A stretch of DNA of 64,000 nt. Source: a virus. Under the pieces are notes generated by a model. It was not told the DNA's origin. It worked only from the letters and a program-made list of their open reading frames with translations, and ran no database searches. Below are positions 39,327-47,487 of the stretch, one piece after another (positions within the stretch are counted from its first letter, which is position 1; each line of letters begins with the position of its first letter). The translations under genes and the position numbers were made by a program. The DNA is taken from positions 10,336 through 74,335 of IMG/VR virus record IMGVR_UViG_3300026519_000239. One strand, given 5' to 3'.

Positions 39327-41429
39327 TTAAGTGATGAAACGGTGCATAGAGTTAATCATATGAGATGGAACCGATGACTTGTGTGCGTTTAGGCTACGTT
39401 CTTGTGAGCAAGGAACAGTTACCAAGTCAGGTCTATTCCATCTGTCCATGAAGAAACTCATGGCCATATCCCGGAATGTATTCAGATAGCCGGGAGGCAT
39501 CATGAAAGCATCATGGATGTCTATGAGTGCAGGGATGGTTACACCTATCCGTCGAGCCAAAGCACCATCCAGTGAATGGATAGTATTGGCTCCAGCAGCT
39601 AGATTCCTTCCATCTGGGTTGCCTACAGTAATCACCATAGACACCCCACTCTCCTCATCAATAACTACCTCCTTTTTCTGTGTACATACATAGAACGCCT
39701 TATATGTGCCACTGGTATAATCTGAGTGAATGTCAGGCATGCGCACTACACAGTCTTGATCAGTGAACTCTGCAAGTTTGCATTGGTTCAGATGTGTGTT
39801 AACAGCAGGAATTACTTTCTGTATCCCCATTTGCAAAGCCACTGCTGAACTAGCATCCACTCTCTCATACGCAGAAGTACTTCCATACATGATAGGCATG
39901 AGGAGTGTATTCTTGAGGAACTTACGATCATCAGGAGCGTTCCACATACCGGTCTCTTTGGCTGCTTCTAGTACTTCCATGTACACATCTACTGGAGGTG
40001 TATACAGTTCGTCATACCAGTTATCTGTTAGTAGATTGCTAACAGAAGCTGTTTGTACACATCCGTAGATAGCACCAATCCACTGAGTAGCATTGGAAGT
40101 GAAGTCAACAGTGATAAGCCTTCTGCTTACTTCATAAAGATTTCCTTTTCTAAGCAAGTCAATGGTCTTCTCAGCATACTTCCATGCATAGTACTCATTG
40201 TCTTTCTCAGGTGTTTCTACTGTTTTGCGGTTGCACACAATATCTAAGCCATATTGAAGCCTGTCCATGAAAGAAGCTTTCTCTTCCACGAACTTACCTA
40301 AGTACCACAACACACTAGGCACTACCTCAGCTCTTTCTGATTCCAGTCCTTGAAACATACAAATTGCAACATCCTCAGCATCTAGCGTAGGCAGTTGCTT
40401 GATAAGCAGTTCATCTGCTGTTCTTGTTATATTTATCTCCTTAATTATCTCAGGAGTTACAAGACAGTTTCTTAGATGATGGTATTGCTTAATTGCATTG
40501 TAGTTTCTACCGCGGGAATCCAGCTCAGGAATAAACCAAACATCGAAGCCAAGTTCATGATAGGTGTACATCAAATCACGGCATAGATTGTAGTGATAAA
40601 TCACTGACTCTCGCGTGGCTTCCTTGATGTAGTTACCATTTTTGTCTTCTGCTGTGGGTTCCCAGTGCTCAGACAGAATATCTACATCTATATCAAAAGT
40701 CTGCTCAGCCAATGAAAACAATATTTGCTTCTTTGGCTTTTCCATATACTTTGGTACAGATTTTGTATATCCAGTATATCTTCCGTCTTCTTTCAGCTTC
40801 GCAAATACAGCGTTGATAATGTTACGACTAGCAATTGCTGAGAGGCTTTTCGGAACACACATAGGAAGCAAGCCAGTATTGCATTGCTTATCTACGTTAA
40901 TTGCCTTTGGACAGTGAAGATCATGGATATCTATAATACTGCCCTTTACTGTGAAGAGTTTGGTTTCTTCTCCTATGCGTTTCAGCATTTGGTACAAAGT
41001 ATTGCCAGTTTTCTCTACCTCTTCTTCGTACTTCTCACCTGCGTTGAGGGCAGAGATACCATGATGACTTAATACCGTATGCAGCAATCCATGGATAAGC
41101 GTCTGTACAGCCATAGTCTTTGTAGGCTGCATGCTGAGCTTAACTAAGATGGCTGTATACAGTTTGCCAACGATGTCTAATGAATGGTTTGGAAATGCTT
41201 GCACCAGAATTTCTCTGACTTTTGTGAAAGCTAATTTATAGCCTTCATTGTTGTCATAGAGATCAGTCAAATATTCTTTAGCAAATTGCTTTCCTATATC
41301 GTTGCTATACCATTCAAGTATAAATTCATTTACCTTTATGGCTTTATCTGTGTTTGATAAGTCATCTTTATTTATATATCGGATGTAGGCTCCCATAACG
41401 GGAGCCAGTATCTGTGGTTTACGTTTCAT
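39327..41429 (-). CDS. T7-type single-subunit RNA polymerase (RNAPII, gp15+gp16 equivalent in one ORF)
   Basis: DSRGRNY, VDFTSNATQ, RKFLK..MPIMYG, ANTIHSLDG and IHDAF all in one 700-aa frame. Confidence 0.85.
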   Translation of the reverse strand: MKRKPQILAPVMGAYIRYINKDDLSNTDKAIKVNEFILEWYSNDIGKQFAKEYLTDLYDNNEGYKLAFTKVREILVQAFPNHSLDIVGKLYTAILVKLSMQPTKTMAVQTLIHGLLHTVLSHHGISALNAGEKYEEEVEKTGNTLYQMLKRIGEETKLFTVKGSIIDIHDLHCPKAINVDKQCNTGLLPMCVPKSLSAIASRNIINAVFAKLKEDGRYTGYTKSVPKYMEKPKKQILFSLAEQTFDIDVDILSEHWEPTAEDKNGNYIKEATRESVIYHYNLCRDLMYTYHELGFDVWFIPELDSRGRNYNAIKQYHHLRNCLVTPEIIKEINITRTADELLIKQLPTLDAEDVAICMFQGLESERAEVVPSVLWYLGKFVEEKASFMDRLQYGLDIVCNRKTVETPEKDNEYYAWKYAEKTIDLLRKGNLYEVSRRLITVDFTSNATQWIGAIYGCVQTASVSNLLTDNWYDELYTPPVDVYMEVLEAAKETGMWNAPDDRKFLKNTLLMPIMYGSTSAYERVDASSAVALQMGIQKVIPAVNTHLNQCKLAEFTDQDCVVRMPDIHSDYTSGTYKAFYVCTQKKEVVIDEESGVSMVITVGNPDGRNLAAGANTIHSLDGALARRIGVTIPALIDIHDAFMMPPGYLNTFRDMAMSFFMDRWNRPDLVTVPCSQERSLNAHKSSVPSHMINSMHRFIT

Positions 41430-41448
41430 TGTTTTTACCTTCTTTGGT

Positions 41449-41775
41449 TTAGAAGAATTTCAGGTTAGAGCCATTCTTCCTTTTAATAGCTCCAGCAATT
41501 TCACCGGGGTCAACTTGGGTGAACTTAGCTGTATCATGGGACTGCTTAGTAGCAGCCTCTGTGACGATCAATACTCCTTCCATCGTCACGTCCATGACGT
41601 CAATGTTATTATCAATACACCGATCCAGCACAGAGTCCCACAGGGCTGTTCCTGTATTGGATCCAGTAATGTATTTTGTGTTCACCAGTAGTGACAATGG
41701 GAGTTCCAAGTCATAAGTAACCCCTTCTTTGTCTTTCACAGTTGTTTTGATGGTTCCTTTCAAAATTGCACTCAT
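41449..41775 (-). CDS. hypothetical protein
   Basis: GGAG RBS before ATG 41775 (ORF track starts at 41907). Confidence 0.6.
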   Translation of the reverse strand: MSAILKGTIKTTVKDKEGVTYDLELPLSLLVNTKYITGSNTGTALWDSVLDRCIDNNIDVMDVTMEGVLIVTEAATKQSHDTAKFTQVDPGEIAGAIKRKNGSNLKFF

Positions 41776-41803
41776 AATAGTTTCTCCAGTGTGTGTGTGT
41801 AGT

Positions 41804-42139
41804 TCAGTTGTGTTGCGATGGTTTAGCGTTATTGATAGTAGCAGCCCATAGTTTCTGTGCTTCACCTGGGCTTTCTCCAACGTAACGTACCAATGTACGT
41901 GAGCCATAGTTCAGCTCAACGCATTGACGGGCTAATGATGCCCATATACATACATACCCAACCACCTCATCTTGCTGATCTTCTGAGTCAGTCTCATAGA
42001 TAGTTAGTTTGTCTTCCCCTTGGTTTTCAAATACAGGCACGGTGACCAGTACATCCTCTCCACCATGTAGTTCTTCCATGGCTTTGATAAATTTCTCTTT
42101 GGTTAATGGACGTTCATGTTTAGATACTCTGCGTGTCAT
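41804..42139 (-). CDS. hypothetical protein
   Basis: 111-aa ORF, GAGG RBS. Confidence 0.6.
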   Translation of the reverse strand: MTRRVSKHERPLTKEKFIKAMEELHGGEDVLVTVPVFENQGEDKLTIYETDSEDQQDEVVGYVCIWASLARQCVELNYGSRTLVRYVGESPGEAQKLWAATINNAKPSQHN

Positions 42140-42224
42140 TTTACTTTTTCCTCATGATTTCAATTAAAACCATAGCTACATAAGCCAATACAGCAAATGT
42201 AGTTATAACCAGCAGGTTCTGCAT
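42135..42224 (-). CDS. small membrane peptide (29 aa)
   Basis: MQNLLVITTFAVLAYVAMVLIENHEEKVK; stop codon overlaps the next start region; below ORF-track cutoff. Confidence 0.4.
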
Positions 42225-42228
42225 TTAT

Positions 42229-42330
42229 TCAATCCTTACCGTCGAAGTACCAGAATACTGTAAAGAACACTACTGATATAAAAACCAGCAGGTAAGTAGC
42301 TACTTCTCCATTCAAGATTTCGTTAGGCAT
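42229..42330 (-). CDS. small membrane peptide (33 aa)
   Basis: MPNEILNGEVATYLLVFISVVFFTVFWYFDGKD; GGAG RBS. Confidence 0.45.
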   Translation of the reverse strand: MPNEILNGEVATYLLVFISVVFFTVFWYFDGKD

Positions 42331-42344
42331 ATCTTTATCTCCAA

Positions 42345-42875
42345 TTAAAAGTTATATAAAAATCCAAATACAGCTCCTACACGGAGTTTTCTTTCTCCGT
42401 GATAGTACTCCACTATTTCCTGCTCGCATTGCATGAACTCGCCTACAGTACAGCTTGTATGAAGCTCTGTGCGCTTCTTTCTGTACCAGCCCCAGTTAGG
42501 TAGCATGTAGATAGAAACTCTCTTCACAGGCGAATACAGTAATCCAGGGAGTACACCAATTCTGCTGTCATACCTGGCTAATGAAAGCCTGAATGCTGTC
42601 TTCTGGCTTAGTTTGGTTTCCCAGCTTATGACAGGAGTCATTTGGCCAAATGAGTTTCTAAATACTCCTAAGCCAAAGCCAGAGTTATGGATAGCACCAA
42701 TACCTGGAGTGAAAGAGTGTAGCTTCTCCCCTCCTTTCTTCTCTGTGATGCCTACATGGTAAGCACCAACTATGGCTTGGTATCTCCACTCACTGTTATC
42801 TGCCTTGGCTTTGGCAGCCCAGAACCAAACAGCAAAGATAAGGGCTATGATGATTATCTGAGTTCCTGTATTCAT
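42345..42875 (-). CDS. putative small outer-membrane beta-barrel protein
   Basis: Signal peptide (AKA site), PGIG..G.G.FRNSFG, C-terminal FGFLYNF beta-signal. Confidence 0.55.
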   Translation of the reverse strand: MNTGTQIIIIALIFAVWFWAAKAKADNSEWRYQAIVGAYHVGITEKKGGEKLHSFTPGIGAIHNSGFGLGVFRNSFGQMTPVISWETKLSQKTAFRLSLARYDSRIGVLPGLLYSPVKRVSIYMLPNWGWYRKKRTELHTSCTVGEFMQCEQEIVEYYHGERKLRVGAVFGFLYNF

Positions 42876-42879
42876 CTGA

Positions 42880-43266
42880 TCACCCTCTCTGTTTGGTTTG
42901 GTGTTTCAGAGAGTTTACCCATTCAGCAAACACTTCATCTTCTCTAAGCAGAGTAGATAGCTTGCTGAATTGACGAACCAGATAAGGCAAGTCAGGGAGT
43001 GTTGGGAGCAGTACGCTCATATCATCCATATGAGCATTGATGCCTACTCCATAGGAGTACAAATCTTTTACATATTCATCCCAGATACGTTTTTCCTCAC
43101 CAGTTGCAGTAAGAGCTTGCTTTAACTGATACGCTCCTACTTCAACTAACGCATCCTGCATATTGTAAAGTTGGTTATCAGAAATCTGACCCAGAGCTGT
43201 AGAACAGATTCCGTTTACAGCAGTGGTGAGTTTAAGAGACATCCAGCCAAAATTGTTACTAATCAT
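42880..43266 (-). CDS. hypothetical early protein
   Basis: GAGG RBS before ATG 43266. Confidence 0.6.
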   Translation of the reverse strand: MISNNFGWMSLKLTTAVNGICSTALGQISDNQLYNMQDALVEVGAYQLKQALTATGEEKRIWDEYVKDLYSYGVGINAHMDDMSVLLPTLPDLPYLVRQFSKLSTLLREDEVFAEWVNSLKHQTKQRG

Positions 43267-43296
43267 TTTCAATTACCTCATGTGTGTGTTTTGGTT

Positions 43297-43342
43297 TAAG
43301 AGTTCAGGCAGTACTGAATACTACCCAAACCAAACACCCCCC
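43297..43342 (-). promoter_or_regulatory. conserved early promoter/leader module, copy 1
   Basis: + strand TAAG..GGCAGTA-CTGAA-TACTACC..AACCAAACACCC; one of four copies. Confidence 0.55.
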
Positions 43343-43396
43343 AAAACTCAGAAACACTCTATAAGTGGGTTTTGGTTTGCAGTTTACGGAGGGCAT

Positions 43397-43436
43397 AAAA
43401 AAAGCCCCAACAATCATTTTCAGACTATTGGGGCTT
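43397..43436 (-). terminator. intrinsic terminator
   Basis: 14-bp stem whose mismatches are G-U on the - strand, then U7. Confidence 0.7.
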
Positions 43437-43440
43437 CACT

Positions 43441-43666
43441 CTCTCAACACACACATTGGGAGTTCTTGAAATTAAAAGAGACACTATCCATCAATGGGTA
43501 ACTGGGTAGTGTCAATTCGGTTTTGGGAGAAACCAAGAAGGATTCTATCAAGTAGGTTTCTCCTGTCAACCAGAAATCTTAGTTTACATACTTCTATTCA
43601 CTTGATAAGTAAGCAGGAGTATGTAGACTAGGGTACTTCACTAAACCAACCCAATGGAGGGTTAGC
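43441..43666 (+). other. tandem hairpin array (structured leader or sRNA)
   Basis: Four to five consecutive stems (7, 11, 9, 17 bp), non-Watson-Crick pairs all G-U on the + strand. Confidence 0.5.
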
Positions 43667-43669
43667 ACT

Positions 43670-43927
43670 ATGGTAGATACACCTATGAAACGAGCACGTA
43701 GAGAGGTAGGGCAAGAGTTTGCAGATCGACTTGATCCTGATACCAAGTACACTATCAATCGCCTTGCTGAGCTGGTAGAAGAGCTTTCAGGATACTACAA
43801 CAAAGCCAAAGCCAAAGAGTTTCGTAAGCTCTTGGTTCAGCTCCGTAAGAGCGTTACTGCTACTCGTAGCTTTACTATGGAGTTGGATGCTAAGCTGCCT
43901 AAGCGCAGCGATTTCAACCCACAGTAG
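43670..43927 (+). CDS. small basic protein, antisense to the early region
   Basis: 85-aa ORF, GGAGG RBS, followed by a bidirectional terminator. Confidence 0.65.
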   Translation: MVDTPMKRARREVGQEFADRLDPDTKYTINRLAELVEELSGYYNKAKAKEFRKLLVQLRKSVTATRSFTMELDAKLPKRSDFNPQ

Positions 43928-43946
43928 CTCCTTTATCTCAGGCTGT

Positions 43947-44007
43947 AAAAAAAGTAGCCCCTAGAGCCTTGTATAACTTCTACAAGATACTCTAGGGGCT
44001 TTTCTTT
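43947..44007. terminator. bidirectional terminator
   Basis: AGCCCCTAGAG...CTCTAGGGGCT flanked by A7 and a T-tract, between convergent genes. Confidence 0.8.
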
Positions 44008-44013
44008 GGCTTC

Positions 44014-44511
44014 TTACTTAGTAGCTACGTATACCACCTCATCATCTACTTGACCGAGTTCAGCAGCATGACGTTCAGCCTGCTGAATGATCTCTTTGTC
44101 CTCACGCATCTCCTGCATGAGCTTCATAGCCTTCTCCTTGACCTTCTCAGCCGATTCTCCGTAGGATGCATCCACTTGATCCATCAAGTCTCGAAGTTGC
44201 TTTGTGGCTTCAATCTGACGCTTCGTGGCTTCTGTGTGTACTCGCAACTCCATGATCTCTAGATCAGTAGCTGCACAGAACTTGTCAGCCTTTGCCATGG
44301 ATTCAGCCAAGCGAACTTCAAGAGTTCTCTCGAACTCAATATTCATTCGTTTTTTCTTCAGCTCAGCCTCTTTCTTCCACTTATCCAAGTGGGCATCCAA
44401 GTGAGCAGTAAGACCGTTATGCACCTGGGTAGCGGGCTTGATTACATCCATGGTTCCTTTGGATACGGCGTCATAGGCTGTCTTGATTCCGTTGTAAATA
44501 GTGTTAAGCAT
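44014..44511 (-). CDS. early coiled-coil protein (N4 gp1-like)
   Basis: Amphipathic N-terminus then coiled coil; resembles 47804..48202. Confidence 0.55.
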   Translation of the reverse strand: MLNTIYNGIKTAYDAVSKGTMDVIKPATQVHNGLTAHLDAHLDKWKKEAELKKKRMNIEFERTLEVRLAESMAKADKFCAATDLEIMELRVHTEATKRQIEATKQLRDLMDQVDASYGESAEKVKEKAMKLMQEMREDKEIIQQAERHAAELGQVDDEVVYVATK

Positions 44512-44539
44512 TGGTTTCGTTCCTCTTTGTCTTGAGATT

Positions 44540-44578
44540 AAAAATAAGCCCTAATCCAGACGAATCCAGAAAAGGGCT
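44540..44578 (-). terminator. intrinsic terminator
   Basis: AGCCCT stem, inner helix with UUCG loop on the - strand, U-tract. Confidence 0.7.
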
Positions 44579-44628
44579 AACTGTAGGAGGGTGAGCAGTT
44601 TTAACCCATACTCAGGGGTAATCCAAAA

Positions 44629-45312
44629 TTATACGTCTACATCAGTTGAAGACGTACCGAAGTCTTTGAATACATCTTCAGCATCATTGGTATTGCTACT
44701 ATACGCCTCCATAGCAGCCTGGAGACGCTTTGTAGGTTGAATATTAGCTACTACTCGATTTCCATTCTGGTTCAGATACCGAACCAGAGCTTGGGCTACT
44801 GGCTTAGCCAGCGATGATCCAGCAAGGTTGATGGTACGAGAAGCATCTGATGGGTGGATCAGGTAGTAGTTGATCCAGCATTCGTGTGTTTTTGCTTTCA
44901 TGTCCCGTTTCTTCTTGCGCTCCATTTGCTGGGCCATGAAGATATCTTTGAATGCACTATCGGTATCCTGTGACCGTTCAGAAGCCACGAATTCAGGAGC
45001 AGTTGAATAAACAACTTCTCCTTCGATGTTGATGTCAAATACGACGTTCGGGATGATAGGAAAAGTATTGCTGCTAAGCACCTCATCTACGATTTGCTGA
45101 GTCAACGCTTTCGTCAAAGCATTACTGTCTTGGCGCACTTTCGCAAATGTGTAAGGTACGTTGTCTCCCACATTTACATCAGTAAGCCAACAAGTGGCGA
45201 TACCGCCTTGAGTCTCTTCGATGACTTCAGCAGGAGTTGGTACTGTATCTGAACCAGTGTTAGTCAGTTCTACGATTTTCTTCAGATCTTCAGCATTGAA
45301 ATACATGTTCAT
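44629..45312 (-). CDS. early protein (possible N4 gp2-like ssDNA-binding transcription factor)
   Basis: GAGG RBS, own upstream module and terminator; only weak W-I/L-N motif resemblance to gp2, so function is tentative. Confidence 0.45.
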   Translation of the reverse strand: MNMYFNAEDLKKIVELTNTGSDTVPTPAEVIEETQGGIATCWLTDVNVGDNVPYTFAKVRQDSNALTKALTQQIVDEVLSSNTFPIIPNVVFDINIEGEVVYSTAPEFVASERSQDTDSAFKDIFMAQQMERKKKRDMKAKTHECWINYYLIHPSDASRTINLAGSSLAKPVAQALVRYLNQNGNRVVANIQPTKRLQAAMEAYSSNTNDAEDVFKDFGTSSTDVDV

Positions 45313-45336
45313 TTCCTCTTTGATTAAGTTAATAAG

Positions 45337-45381
45337 TAAGTTCAGGATTAGCTTTCTCTAATCCCACAAACCAAACACCCC
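45337..45381 (-). promoter_or_regulatory. conserved early promoter/leader module, copy 2
   Basis: TAAGTTCA-GGATTAG-CTTTCT-CTAATCC..AACCAAACACCCC. Confidence 0.55.
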
Positions 45382-45532
45382 AAACCACACTCTGAAAACA
45401 CCTTCTACACCCCACACCAAACCACCACACTCTGACGACTACTACTACGATGACAAACCAAACCAACAACAACAACAACCAACCACTAAACCAAACGAAT
45501 GAAGGCTGGATAGTAGTTGGTTAGTTGGATTA

Positions 45533-45949
45533 CTAGTACTTGATGTTGTAATCCATAGACGACTGTGCGTATACGTTACCTTCCAGTAACTCAAGAATTA
45601 GATTACCCTGCTCCATGCACACATCAGTTGGAGCAATAGTAGTCTCCCCTTCTATTACGCAGTCTCTTAGGAATGTATCTAGTCCTTCCAAGACCATTTG
45701 TCGATATGTATACACATCAGTGTAGATGGTAACTTTCTCTTCTCCAGTCCTAGGAACTTGGATGTTATATTGTGTAATTGGGATGATTGTTTTGCTCGGA
45801 GCTTCAGCTACTCTGGTTCCTGAGTCAGATTAGATATCTGTTTGCGGCTTCGCCTGATCCAAAGATATTGGAGTATCTGCTTCTGTCTGACAGGCAGTTA
45901 GCATAACTAGGATGATTGTTGACATTATTGCTTGGATTGGTGTTTTCAT
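45533..45949 (-). pseudogene. lipoprotein gene interrupted by one in-frame TAA
   Basis: MKTPIQAIMSTIILVMLTAC lipobox; TAA at 45830-45832; same frame continues into ORF 45533..45715. Confidence 0.6.
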
Positions 45950-45980
45950 AGGTTTCTCTCTCTCTATTATCTATTGGTTT

Positions 45981-46015
45981 AAAAAATTAGGAGAACCAGC
46001 ATAAGCTAGCTCTCC
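45981..46015 (-). terminator. intrinsic terminator
   Basis: GGAGAGCTAGC-TTAT-GCTGGTTCTCC plus U-tract on the - strand. Confidence 0.65.
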
Positions 46016-46024
46016 GTAGGTTGG

Positions 46025-46201
46025 TTATATTGGCTGACCGCACCCAACGCATTCTGGGCCGTCGCCATCTCTATGGATAGTTCCACAGAATGGACACACC
46101 AGCTCTTTTACTGGTGCTATTCTGTCCAGTGTTTTGTTTACCTCTTCTGAGTCAGTATATGTAGCTGACTCATGGTCAGTTGCTGTGTCTTTGTCCATCA
46201 T
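46025..46201 (-). CDS. small zinc-ribbon protein (58 aa)
   Basis: CPFC...CVGC; GAGG RBS; below ORF-track cutoff. Confidence 0.6.
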   Translation of the reverse strand: MMDKDTATDHESATYTDSEEVNKTLDRIAPVKELVCPFCGTIHRDGDGPECVGCGQPI

Positions 46202-46216
46202 ATTTAGTTACCTCTC

Positions 46217-46435
46217 TTACATTATAAGTTGGAGTAGGAGCACTGTTTTAACCCCTGCTATAAAAGCCATCAGCAGCAACAATGCTGTCATTACTGCTTC
46301 TAGAGCCATTGTGATCCAATCGCCTTGCTTGAAGTCCCAGTACACTAACTTTTCGAATAAGACTGCAATCCATACAAATGCTGTTGCAGTAGTAGCTGCA
46401 ATTATCACTAGTGTGCCTACAATCAATTGTTCCAT
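46217..46435 (-). CDS. small two-TM membrane protein
   Basis: 72 aa, two hydrophobic helices, AGGA RBS. Confidence 0.55.
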   Translation of the reverse strand: MEQLIVGTLVIIAATTATAFVWIAVLFEKLVYWDFKQGDWITMALEAVMTALLLLMAFIAGVKTVLLLQLIM

Positions 46436-46460
46436 TTCCTTTTCCTCTATTAGTTAGATT

Positions 46461-46498
46461 AAAAATAAGGGACTGACATAAGCCAGTCCCTTATTTTT
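46461..46498. terminator. bidirectional terminator
   Basis: AAAAATAAGGGACTG-N8-CAGTCCCTTATTTTT perfect inverted repeat. Confidence 0.85.
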
Positions 46499-46505
46499 AT
46501 GGAGA

Positions 46506-46952
46506 TTAGAGTCCGTATACGAACCCTATGTGTTTAAACACCGAGGATTTCCGTACTGATCCATCCTCCTGTACCTCTTCTACGCTTTCTCTTCTTGAGA
46601 AAGCATAGACCGGCTGGATTCCATTCCTTAGTAGCTCCTCTTGTAAAGGAGCCATCAGAAATGGAGCTCCTCCTATCATTACTTGGATCGGTTGTTCTGA
46701 GTTTTGATCAAGCAACTTGGCGATGTTAGCTAGTTGCCTTGCACGATGGAGTGGCTCAAGATCGTACGGCAGCTCTTCAAAAGTAAGGATGTCTTCCAAT
46801 GTGCTGGGCATCCTTGTAAGAAAATCCTCTGTGTCTCCTCCTGTCTCCTCTAGATACTCCACGTACATCTGGAGTGCTTCATTGTAGTCTACAACTCCTT
46901 CTGCACGCTGTTCTTCTGTTGCTTTGTGTTGAGTGAAATTGATGATCATCAT
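46506..46952 (-). CDS. Csx20-like (CARF-related) protein, candidate ring nuclease
   Basis: N-terminal NFTQH..T.EQ and C-terminal G..PVYA...RE.VEE..EDGSV.K.SVFKH resemble Csx20 as recalled. Confidence 0.55.
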   Translation of the reverse strand: MMIINFTQHKATEEQRAEGVVDYNEALQMYVEYLEETGGDTEDFLTRMPSTLEDILTFEELPYDLEPLHRARQLANIAKLLDQNSEQPIQVMIGGAPFLMAPLQEELLRNGIQPVYAFSRRESVEEVQEDGSVRKSSVFKHIGFVYGL

Positions 46953-46975
46953 AGGTTTACCTCTTTGTTTTGGTT

Positions 46976-47011
46976 TAAGTTAGGTCTATGGAAGACCCCA
47001 ACCAAACACCC
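46976..47011 (-). promoter_or_regulatory. conserved early promoter/leader module, copy 3
   Basis: TAAGTTA-GGTCT-ATGGA-AGACC..AACCAAACACCC. Confidence 0.55.
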
Positions 47012-47291
47012 TAAGTTAAACTTAGATACAAGTAGCTATAGCAGGGATATAAGTGTAGTTATAAATAAGCGGAATAACCTTGTAAAGAGTGTGTGTAGGA
47101 GTATTGATAGAAATGGTAATGAAATCAATGATATAGGTGAGAATATAGGGAATAGGTACATAGTGAGGGTAAGTTATTGAAAAATAAGGAGAATTTCTTA
47201 TGTATGATGGGAAGGAAGTGTAATGAAATCAATGGGATATGGAGTATTCTTAAAGAGATAGTTGAATGGGAAATTGTGGAAAAATCGTTAA

Positions 47292-47331
47292 AAATCAATG
47301 ACTTACAGAACAAATCAATGACTTACAGAAC
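47292..47331. repeat. 20-bp tandem direct repeat, each with an IHF-consensus site
   Basis: AAATCAATGACTTACAGAAC x2; matches WATCAANNNNTTR. Confidence 0.75.
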
Positions 47332-47333
47332 AC

Positions 47334-47367
47334 GCTATGTCGATATAAGCATACGTATCGACATAGC
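47334..47367. repeat. 12-bp perfect inverted repeat
   Basis: GCTATGTCGATA-N10-TATCGACATAGC. Confidence 0.8.
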
Positions 47368-47385
47368 ATTTTTGCACCTAAAAAT

Positions 47386-47426
47386 AGCCTACATGACAGT
47401 GCATTACAGCCTACATGATAGTGCAT
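47386..47426. repeat. 22-bp-period direct repeat
   Basis: AGCCTACATGA(C/T)AGTGCAT x2. Confidence 0.75.
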
Positions 47427-47478
47427 GTAATGAATTTAATTCTCTTTGTAAATCAGTAACTTAGCTACTTATGGATTG

Positions 47479-47487
47479 TGTGGATAA
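47479..47487 (-). promoter_or_regulatory. DnaA-box consensus
   Basis: TGTGGATAA (TTATCCACA on the - strand); one-mismatch copy at 47275. Confidence 0.35.

Noticed and set aside
2436-41072. Numerous short opposite-strand or alternate-frame ORFs inside long genes
   Set aside because: Shadow ORFs of well-supported genes, with no motifs
45830-45832. Genome-wide stop-codon reassignment
   Set aside because: Only one internal stop found; long genes are intact in the standard code and TAA ends many genes
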